From a virus, in the IMG/VR virus record IMGVR_UViG_3300021091_000016: DNA of 64,000 nt; one strand, written 5' to 3'. Made by a program: the position numbers and the translations under genes. The notes beneath the pieces are model-generated. The model had not been told where the DNA came from. It saw only the letters and a list, made by a program, of their open reading frames with translations, and made no database searches. Of the stretch, positions 20,198 to 29,700 are shown piece by piece. Positions within the stretch are counted from its first letter, which is position 1. Every line of letters starts with the position of its first letter.

Positions 20198-23100
20198 TTC
20201 AATTTCTTGCATCGTAGGTACTCTTCCCAATGTCATTCTTGGCGAATTTACCTTATAGGCTTCAGAACCATCAGCAGGAGTAACATCTAAAGGTTGCTCA
20301 GATAAAGTTCTATTAGTTAAATCTTGGACCTTTTGATTGTGTTCTTGTACTCTTTGTTTGCTCTCTGTAATTTTTTGTTTAGTCTTTTCAATTGATTTAT
20401 CTTTTCTATCTTTAGCAGCTTCTAAGCGCATCTTTTTTACTTCATTTAATCTTTTCTTTATTTCACTTACAGAAGTATATGGCGCGTCTCCTTGAGTTTC
20501 TGGTAAATCAATGGTTTTATATTTTACCTTACCTTCAGCATTAGTACTCTCTACAATCTTATTACCTTCAGCATCATATTCATATTGCTTGAATCTAAAG
20601 TTCTTAATTTTTTCTGCTCGGCGTTCCTCAAGCTTTTGTTTTTGTTTATTTAAATCATCTCTAAAAATAGAATATGCTTCTGGACTTAACTCTTTTTTTA
20701 ATTGATTTAAATTAGGCAATCCTTCTGCTGTTAACTTAAGAGTTGGATCTTTAGCTTGAAATCTTTCATAAACACTTCTTACTTCTTCAAGTGCATTTAT
20801 TTTGTTTTGTAAATCTCCAGGTATTATTTGAGTATCAAATATTTCATACATTCCTTTTTTTGCAAGATAGCCTAATGTATTACTTAATATCTTTGATGCT
20901 TGATCAGCCTCTTTTTTATCAGTTAAAGACAATATAACCTTTGCTCTATCTGTGTCTGGAACGCTTTTTTCGTTTACTCCATTAGTTAACTTCCAAACCT
21001 CTGTCTCATCGGCTACCATATGAGTTAAAGATTTTTTTAATATTTCATTTGCTTGTTCTATAAAAGCTTTTTTTACAGCTTTACGTTCCTCATTAGTTGT
21101 TGCTTTACTTAAATCTGAAATAGTTTTGCTAATTAAAGCTTGTGTTTCTGAATTTTTTTGAAATGAATCATTTAACGTTTCATTTAGTTCTACAATTGTA
21201 GAGTTAAATGCAGTCTCATTTCCTAACTTTAATCTAGTATCTCTTTTAGTTTGATACTCGCTTACCATGTCTAGCTGTTCATCGGTTAAGGGCAACTCTT
21301 TATCGAAATAATGTACTTGCTCTTGTTCAGCACGTTTAGCTAAAATTATATTTAAAATATTTTGATTATAGTCTATTGACTCTAAATTACTACTAATGTG
21401 CTTTTGAAGTCTGTTTAAACTCTTATCTTTTCTTTCAATCATCTTATGTATTGGATTGATAGACCTATATTTTTTTACTTCTTTCTCCGTAAAAAATCCT
21501 TCCTTTTCCACATCTTCGATAAACTCTGTTACCATATAAGCTTCTCTAAAAAGACTATCCTTTCTATCAGTAGGCATAGTATTATAAATCGCGCGATATT
21601 CTTCTAAAAAAGCTTCTCTTTGTTCTACTGCATCAAATCTTAAATTTAAAAATTTTGTATCTTCTGCTTTGCCATGTATATCTTCCTTAATTCCAAATTC
21701 TTTAACTAAATCTTCAAATTCTTTTATTGGTTCATAGCTTACATATTTTTTAACTACTGTTTGACCATCATTCGTTTTTTCAAAATAAGGGATAGTGTGT
21801 TTAACTTGAAAAAGATGTTCTGTATTTAATCTTAGAGTTTTATCCTCTAAGTCTATCATTTCTTTTAGGTATTGATTTTTATTTTGACTCGCTCTTATCA
21901 TCGATTCAAATGTATTTTTTGCATCCTTAAAACTCAATCTAGTGTTATATTCAAAAGCATCTGCGTACCTTACATCTTCTAATGCAACTTGATTCTTTTC
22001 AAAATGCTGTCTAGTTAATTTATCTACAAACCCTTCAGTAGTTTTAAATTTTTTAGTTGCGGGGTCATAAGATATTCTTTGCCTTCTTTCATGTCTAAGC
22101 TTAGCAGCCTTTAATCTTTCTATTTCTCTAGCAAAGCTATCCTTTCTGTATTCGGGATTTATAGACATATCCTCTATGTATTTTATACCTGCTGAATGTT
22201 TAGGTAAATATTTGTCTTTTGTAAGCGCAGCCTTTTCTGCTTTCAAATCAGCTAATCTTTGCTGTCTTAACTGTAGATTTAAATTTAATTTTGATTGCTT
22301 CTGTAATTGCAAATTTAAATATTCAAATTGTTTTTTCACTCCTCCAATTCTTGTTTGTATATTCTTTCCAGTATTAACATTTGTACCTGTCTTTATATTA
22401 TCCATTATTGCTTCTATTGCTTGGATATCAGCTTGTTTCTTTGCAATTTTATCTGCAATAGTTGTAGTAACTGCAATTCCTGCACCAGCAGATTTTAAAC
22501 CTCCTAATCTTGATAATTGGAATAGCTTGTTTAAATTACTGAAATTTAAAAAGTTACTATTTGGATTAGCAGCTTCATTTTCTAAATGTGCTACTATACC
22601 TTTATCAACGTTCGAAGCAAAAGCGCCCCCACTACCTATAAAGCTACGTAAAGCTGCCTGTAGCTGTTGACCATATTTAGAATACTCAACTACATTATTT
22701 AAACTTGCTGATTTATTTAAATTATCAGTATCGATTCTATATAAATCGATACCAAAGGATATATGTCCAAAACCTAATTGAGGATTACGAAAGCTAATAC
22801 CAGAAACACCCTTTGGAGAAAAAGCCTTTTCATCATAAATTATATTTCCGGCCGAATCTTTAAAGAATTGACCTTCTTCCATACCGAACAAAAATCTTTT
22901 CATAGTATCGAATTTTTCATAGCCTTCCTCTACAGGAGCCTCCTTCATTTGACTATACGCATACATAAAGCCTTGAATATCCATAAACTCGGCATATCCT
23001 TTAGATTCAACCATAGCTTTGTTCAATTTGCCTATAATCTTTTCTTGTAATGCAGGTTCATTTGCAAGTATTGTAACCTGGTCTTGGCCAGTAACACCAA

Positions 23101-26100
23101 GTCTTAAACCTTTACCTTCTAAGGTAGCACTACCAGTAATTCTACCTGACAAAATCTGTCTAGTTAAACCACCTGTTATTTCTTGCAACTCCTTTATATA
23201 GTAAATAGATTTTTTAATTAAATTCTTTTGTTCCGTATCTACATCAGCAACACTTGCTTCACGTATGTTAGCAAAAATATCATTAATACGACGATATAGG
23301 GAGGATTCCATTTGTAAATCCTCCCCTTCCTTTCTAAGCTCTACACCAGAAATAGAATCTAGAGCATCTGATAAAGGTACTACGATTTGACTTTTTCCCT
23401 CGCCTATTTGTTCTATAAAGCTTTGATATGCAGCAACATTTAATTGTTCATTACCTTCTACACCTCTAGTAAATAAATCCTTAATATCAAAAACCATTGC
23501 TATAGCATCACCGGTTTGTTGCTTTAAATTTCTTAAATAAATAGCTAATGTATCTGCTGATTCTTGACCTACGTTAACATCTAAAAATTGTTTAACTAAG
23601 TTTTTATCTGCCTTAAAAAACTTACCTTGAGAAATATAATCCTCAATAAGCATATTCATTGCTTCTGGTTTTTGATTTGGATTCATAGAATAAGATGATA
23701 ATAATAACGGCGAAATACCTAGAACCTTCTCTCCAATGCCAACCTGTCTAGTAAATAAATCAGACATTACATTTGCAGCATCCTCAGCAGACATATTAAA
23801 GCTTGACATCAAATTAGCAGATAAAAAGTTAGCAAAACGTGGTTCGACTCTAGCTAGCTTTGATTTATTTTGAGAGGACTGAGTACCTGCGTATGCACTA
23901 AATGCACCAACAAACATACCTTTATTTGCAGCTAATAGTGCTTCTTGTTGTTGCGCACTACTCATTCTACTATTAGCTAAAAGCTCTTGAAACAAAGGAG
24001 TAGTCTTGCCACCCATCTTAGTTCCATAATCCTCTAAAGCTTGCGTAGGTACCATAACCGTACCAATTAACTCTGGAGTTAATTGAGCTAATTGACCAGC
24101 TCCTGGAAGTTGCGTATTCATTTTATCCTGTAGGAACCCAAATACTGCGGTTCCGAATTGTCTAAAATATTTCTTAGTGTGCTCTGCAACCTTAGTATCT
24201 AGCTTAGCAGGCTCTATTCCTGCATCCTTCATACTTCTTGCAATATAATTATCAAACTCATCTGCATCGAAACCTAAATGTAAAACACTTCCACGCATCA
24301 AAGAAGCTAGAAACAATGGCGCTTTGTTTACAACGTCCATACCTGCAACCATGCTTGTTTCAAAATTAATATTAAAGCCCTTTAAAGCTACATTCTTTAT
24401 AAAATTCTCACCTTCTGTTGCACTTCCCATAGCTTGAGACAAAACCTTAGTAAAACCTTCCTCCTTGAGCAAAGACTCTTCTCCATAAAAAACGCCCTTA
24501 ATTGGTTCTGAAAATATCTTACTTTGCTCTTTGGAAATGATAGAGCCTGTCAAATAATAACGACCTTCTTTTTCATTCATTGCTACATTATGTCTTTGTA
24601 ATCGCAATCCAAACATGCCTTTTTGCTTTGAAATTTTAACAGGCTCATTGTTATTAAAACCTAAAACTAAATTACCTTCCTTATCTCCATAAGTCTTATA
24701 GAATTTCTCTAACTCTTCGCCAAAAAGCTCAACCACATCACCTTTATTTAATTTATCGAATTGCTCTGATTGATAAATTGATAGATTAGGCATATTGGTT
24801 AATACCTGAAAGCTTTTCTTTATAGGTGCTTCAACAATACTGCTACCGCCTGTATATTGCATAGCATCTGCTAAACCAAATAACTGACCCTTTTTATTCT
24901 TAGCATTAAAATTAATAATAACACTAGTGTTTGCTCCTACCATTGGTAAGTCTTTAAATGCTGGGTCAATATTTAAGAGCTGTCCACCAGTAGTAGCTAG
25001 CATTGGAATATTTCCTCTACCTATTTTTTTACTTCTTAAATAATTATCTAACTCTGCCGCTGACTGAAATTGAGGTGCATCAGGTCCTAAATATCCTAGC
25101 AAAGCTTCTGGCTTTGCGAATTGCTGTGCTGGACGTGCAGAACCTGGAAGTATAGCCTGGTCTTTTACACCACCAATAGCTCTTACTAAACCTACAGGAG
25201 TAACATCGCTAGGATTCAAACCTACAATAGCCATTCTTTGCTCAATAGTTTTACCAGCTATTTCATGTCTTTTTATACCTGCTTGACCTTGTGCAGGACC
25301 AAATAAACCAGACTCTAAACCTACCATCTTATTTAAATCTAAAGGAAATGCTTCACCTGCAGTCTTCTTTGTATGAAAAAAATATGCAGTATTTGCAATC
25401 ATATCCATGCCATGTCTAGCTTGAATACCAGTATATCCTAAATTCTTTTTCAAATTAGGACTAACATCCTGAGTAAGCCCAGTTAATGTTTCCATAAAAA
25501 CATTTCTCTCTGCTTGATTCATTTGAAATAAATCCTCTACAGAATGCATTTTAAATAAATCAATTGCAAAATCCTCAAAGCTAGATTTTGTACTTAAATC
25601 AGTTAATTTCTTTCTAACTGCTCGAGCTCTTTGACTTAGATTACTTTCAGGTATAGCTTTTAAGCTTTCAAAATCATCTACATTAAAATAATATTTATGC
25701 GCAAGCTTTGCATTTCCATAATCTGCACTCAATCTAACCATCTTACCATTCTCGGTATCTGCTCCTAATAAGGGAATTATAATTGGAGATGCAGATGCTC
25801 CACGTTTTTTAGATGATATTTTTGCATAAAAACCAGATTTTCCATCTCCTTCATCAATCACATCAAAAGTAATGTTAAATTTTTGATCTACAGTTGAATT
25901 ATTACCTTGTCTTAAATGTTGTTCTATTTTTTTAAAACGATTAATTACTGTATTTTTAGTTCGTCCATTATCATTGTAATTTTTATACAAATCGTCATTT
26001 GATAAATCACTGTAATTTATATTCCTTCTATTAACAGAATTAACTTGAGTGCTAACCTGTTCGAACATAGAAAATGGATTTGCTAAATTTGTTTTTCCTG

Positions 26101-26749
26101 TTCTAGAATTTGTAGCTAATAAAGATGCAATTTCTTTATTCTTTTGATGTAAATTTAAAAATCTAGCTTCTAAGGATTGGTCTCCAGAAATACTCTCTAC
26201 AAAATTAGATATTTCAGAACTCATACTATTTCCCGCTCGGCTATCAATTTCTATAGCCGAGCGTATTCTCTCAATTAAAGTAGCTCTTTCGTTTTCACCT
26301 ATATTTAATGAAGGGTCATTTATCATATCTAACAAAGTAGATAAATGAGATATACGCTCGCTATCTCTACTTTGCATAATTCTATTAAAATTATCTATTG
26401 TTTCTTGTTTTGAAGCGCCAAATAATTCTGAACGATTTTTATTTAAAGATTGTGTATCTAAAGATTTTTTTATTTCTGATTCTTCTAAAGCCTTATTCCT
26501 TATTTGCTTACCAATGGTATTCATTGGATGCATTTTTTCTTGCGCCGGATTATTAATAAAATTAGTTAGATTAGATACACCTGGCATATTACCAGAAAGA
26601 TTTGGATTTTGAGATTTAAAAGCATAGTATCCAGAAGCACCAGTGATAGCTAGACCAGCCATAGTACTAATAGCATTCCAAGCACTTCTCTTATAAGATT
26701 CTTTTTCTCGTTCACTTTTGGTAATAGTGTCTATTGTAGGCTTTATCAT
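20195..26749 (-). CDS. Giant protein (2184 aa): beta-like and N-terminal beta'-like parts of a putative single-chain RNA polymerase plus a long charged helical region
   Basis: SKIFSEPIKGV (K744/K751; cf. beta GDK1065..K1073GV), RQILSGRITGS (R1197; cf. beta' RQNLLGKRVDYS), FRNPQL (R1321; cf. beta' NR425APTL). N-terminal hydrophobic helix AISTMAGLAITGASGYYAF. Confidence 0.6.
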   Translation of the reverse strand: MIKPTIDTITKSEREKESYKRSAWNAISTMAGLAITGASGYYAFKSQNPNLSGNMPGVSNLTNFINNPAQEKMHPMNTIGKQIRNKALEESEIKKSLDTQSLNKNRSELFGASKQETIDNFNRIMQSRDSERISHLSTLLDMINDPSLNIGENERATLIERIRSAIEIDSRAGNSMSSEISNFVESISGDQSLEARFLNLHQKNKEIASLLATNSRTGKTNLANPFSMFEQVSTQVNSVNRRNINYSDLSNDDLYKNYNDNGRTKNTVINRFKKIEQHLRQGNNSTVDQKFNITFDVIDEGDGKSGFYAKISSKKRGASASPIIIPLLGADTENGKMVRLSADYGNAKLAHKYYFNVDDFESLKAIPESNLSQRARAVRKKLTDLSTKSSFEDFAIDLFKMHSVEDLFQMNQAERNVFMETLTGLTQDVSPNLKKNLGYTGIQARHGMDMIANTAYFFHTKKTAGEAFPLDLNKMVGLESGLFGPAQGQAGIKRHEIAGKTIEQRMAIVGLNPSDVTPVGLVRAIGGVKDQAILPGSARPAQQFAKPEALLGYLGPDAPQFQSAAELDNYLRSKKIGRGNIPMLATTGGQLLNIDPAFKDLPMVGANTSVIINFNAKNKKGQLFGLADAMQYTGGSSIVEAPIKKSFQVLTNMPNLSIYQSEQFDKLNKGDVVELFGEELEKFYKTYGDKEGNLVLGFNNNEPVKISKQKGMFGLRLQRHNVAMNEKEGRYYLTGSIISKEQSKIFSEPIKGVFYGEESLLKEEGFTKVLSQAMGSATEGENFIKNVALKGFNINFETSMVAGMDVVNKAPLFLASLMRGSVLHLGFDADEFDNYIARSMKDAGIEPAKLDTKVAEHTKKYFRQFGTAVFGFLQDKMNTQLPGAGQLAQLTPELIGTVMVPTQALEDYGTKMGGKTTPLFQELLANSRMSSAQQQEALLAANKGMFVGAFSAYAGTQSSQNKSKLARVEPRFANFLSANLMSSFNMSAEDAANVMSDLFTRQVGIGEKVLGISPLLLSSYSMNPNQKPEAMNMLIEDYISQGKFFKADKNLVKQFLDVNVGQESADTLAIYLRNLKQQTGDAIAMVFDIKDLFTRGVEGNEQLNVAAYQSFIEQIGEGKSQIVVPLSDALDSISGVELRKEGEDLQMESSLYRRINDIFANIREASVADVDTEQKNLIKKSIYYIKELQEITGGLTRQILSGRITGSATLEGKGLRLGVTGQDQVTILANEPALQEKIIGKLNKAMVESKGYAEFMDIQGFMYAYSQMKEAPVEEGYEKFDTMKRFLFGMEEGQFFKDSAGNIIYDEKAFSPKGVSGISFRNPQLGFGHISFGIDLYRIDTDNLNKSASLNNVVEYSKYGQQLQAALRSFIGSGGAFASNVDKGIVAHLENEAANPNSNFLNFSNLNKLFQLSRLGGLKSAGAGIAVTTTIADKIAKKQADIQAIEAIMDNIKTGTNVNTGKNIQTRIGGVKKQFEYLNLQLQKQSKLNLNLQLRQQRLADLKAEKAALTKDKYLPKHSAGIKYIEDMSINPEYRKDSFAREIERLKAAKLRHERRQRISYDPATKKFKTTEGFVDKLTRQHFEKNQVALEDVRYADAFEYNTRLSFKDAKNTFESMIRASQNKNQYLKEMIDLEDKTLRLNTEHLFQVKHTIPYFEKTNDGQTVVKKYVSYEPIKEFEDLVKEFGIKEDIHGKAEDTKFLNLRFDAVEQREAFLEEYRAIYNTMPTDRKDSLFREAYMVTEFIEDVEKEGFFTEKEVKKYRSINPIHKMIERKDKSLNRLQKHISSNLESIDYNQNILNIILAKRAEQEQVHYFDKELPLTDEQLDMVSEYQTKRDTRLKLGNETAFNSTIVELNETLNDSFQKNSETQALISKTISDLSKATTNEERKAVKKAFIEQANEILKKSLTHMVADETEVWKLTNGVNEKSVPDTDRAKVILSLTDKKEADQASKILSNTLGYLAKKGMYEIFDTQIIPGDLQNKINALEEVRSVYERFQAKDPTLKLTAEGLPNLNQLKKELSPEAYSIFRDDLNKQKQKLEERRAEKIKNFRFKQYEYDAEGNKIVESTNAEGKVKYKTIDLPETQGDAPYTSVSEIKKRLNEVKKMRLEAAKDRKDKSIEKTKQKITESKQRVQEHNQKVQDLTNRTLSEQPLDVTPADGSEAYKVNSPRMTLGRVPTMQEIE

Positions 26750-26751
26750 TG

Positions 26752-29700
26752 TTAATATCCGTTAGTATAATCTTGCATTAATGCTTCTATTTCTTGTTGC
26801 CGAGTGTCATTATATACTATCTTAGCATAATTTCTATAATCCGAGGTTGTATTTACATTTAAATTTAATCCAATGGCTCTTACCATTGGATTAGCATAAC
26901 GCATACTAGATGTAAAACCCCCTCTATCCATAATAGGATTTTCATACATAAACAAATGAGATTCAGCTAATGCATTATGTCTTCTCACACGTTTAGCTTG
27001 AGATTCCCATAAATCGTAATCTCTCATATCTGAACCTAAACTAGATACATAGTTAACCTTGATATCGTTAATGTCTACATCTTTATTCCAACCCACCCAA
27101 TCCGGCTCTGGAATTGAGACATCGCTCATATCTAAGTTATTATATTGCTCTTGTAAATGCGCCTCATCATAGATTGGCTTTTCACCAATGTATCCACTAG
27201 GGTCACCACCATTATCCATAACCGACCATAAACCTTGATACAAATGCACTTGATCCTCTGGAATCATTTCTAATATTCTATCTCTTTGAGCACCTTGAGC
27301 ATTTGCAAATTCATTAAAGAATTTCTTTTCTTCATCAGGTAAAGCCATGTAAATAGATAATGGGTCTCCTGTAGGATTTACACCATATCTAGTCTTAGCT
27401 GCTTGAGCTAACATTTTCTTTCTATCAAATGGGGATTGTGCATTATCTGCTAAAGCCATAAATTTATAAAAATTTAATCTATCAAATTGACTAGATACCT
27501 GTTCTCTATCTTGTACAAATCCAGGTTTACCTTGATAACCCATCATGTTAAGCGCCGAATAAAATGAAGGCCTTATCCAGTCTCTGTATGGTTCATCCCA
27601 GAAAGCCATAGATGTACTGTATAAGCGCTCATGCTCATATTGGTCTATAGAGCTTCTTTCTCCACCTAATAGCTTCTGAGTCGGTCTAAAGCCAAAGGGT
27701 ATTAAATGCTCTACTGGTTGCGCTACAGTTCTTATACCTTCTTTAAACATATCATAAGCAGGTCTTGTTATGGCGGATGCTAAAGGTATCTTTATTTGAT
27801 TATGATGTCCTCTAAATTCCTCCATCGAAAGTACCTTACCCAAATCCTCAGAAACCTGATCCATCATTTCATTTTCGTAATCAGAGGTAATCCCAGCAGC
27901 TCTCCTTTCATATAATTGATTTCTTAGCTTAACTACCTCACGTGAGGTAGGGTCTACATCTGATAATATTTTAAATTTAAATATATCTGGATAATCCTCA
28001 GGATTTATTCCCTTTAATTCACTATAAGCTGCTTCATATCCAGCGCCAGGAAGTCTAGCATAACCTGATTGTATCTTAGTATATGGGTCGCCTCTTTTAA
28101 ACTTTTCAGGCATCCAGGATGGCATAGTATTATTAATAGGATTATATTGCTGAATCTCTTTCTTAGGTCTTGGGAATACACGTCTTAAGGCTTCTGACAT
28201 AAACATCATACCACCTAGGTCTTTATCCCAGAATTGATGCACAGAATGATCTATTTGATTTGCACTAGACATAACAGTGTAATCGGTCGCATAGACCTCT
28301 CTACCAGTAGAAGCCTTCTGAATCATATTCTTTACCCAACCAGTAAGACCTTCTATTTCTCTGATTTGATATTGCACCTTGCCTAATGTCATTTGAGCAG
28401 AATAAGGACTAATCGGCAATCCAGGTGGTGCTGTTTCTCCAGCTTCTCTTGTAGTACCAACCTCTGGGGGATAATAATATTCAAGGTCTCCAGTAGAATC
28501 GTTTATACGCATAAACTCATCTGCATGCATTAATTTTGGAGGTTTAATTAAACGACCAATTGTACCAGATAAAATTCCTCCAAGAATAGGTACATTTTCA
28601 AATGCAGTTCCAGTAATAGGGTAAGGTCTGTCATAAAAATGCTTTTCCTCTAAATGGTATGTAAAGTTTTTAAGTATAAATTTGGTTATCGGATTATATA
28701 ATTCATCTTCATCACCCCAAATAGATTTCTCCTCAGCTCTAGTCATTAATAAATGATATGCGTGCGGTCTAGTATAATTAACAGTTGTGCCTTCATAAGG
28801 AGTACCACCACCTTCCCAAAAACGTCCCTTTCTAATCTCAACAGGCTTTTTCCCTGAATAAGTATCTCTTAGCTCAGATGGATTTTCCATAGAGCCTAAC
28901 AGTCCACCGAGCAATAAAGAATGTAAAGCAAAACCTGCAGCAAATACAGTACCAGCTCTTCTAAGCCAAGGACTGTATCCTATTTCTCTAGCTGCTCTAT
29001 CAAAAGCATCCCCACTCATACTTGCGCCATGAAATGCATGATATGATTCAGCTGCAAACATTTCTATACGTCTAAATAAAGGAGCAAATGGATTTTGAGA
29101 ATTCTTGTATTTATTTTGAATATCTTCAATTCGATTAATTAAAGAATAATTTAAAAAATTATGCGTCTTTTCTTTATCGTACATTCTAGTACGCACTACT
29201 GTATCTAAGCTATTTTCAAAATCTAAATTTGAGATTCTATTTTCAAAATACGAAGCGTCTTCTCCGAGTTCCTGATTTAAAAATGTAAATAATCTATTCA
29301 ATACTCTTTGATGGTCTTTGTTAGTCAAGTCAATATCTGAAGGCTTTGCAAATTTGGATTGCAAAGCCTCTGAATATTTTTTGAACCTATCAGTTTTAAA
29401 GATTGTTTCGTTATATTGAATTATTCGTTTCTGTATATCCTGTGATTTTTTTGCTAGCTCTAAATTATTTAAAACATCAATTGTACCTTGAGCATTTAAA
29501 TGATTTATTTCAGTTAGGTCTATCCCCTTTGCCTTTAAAACATTAAAAAATAAATGGCTGTTTTTGTTACTTGATTGCTCTGCTAATATTTTACCTGTTA
29601 ACTCATCGTCACTCATAGCATAAAAATTTAAATTATCTAAATCATCTAAGCTAGAGCGAGATATATCATAAAATAAACCTGTTTCTTTCTTATAAACCAC

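Noticed and set aside
20169-20198. ATGA-overlap restart at the RNAP TGA
   Set aside because: The overlapping ATG opens only MTSYLLRSS-stop in another frame and does not lead into the DFDGD ORF.
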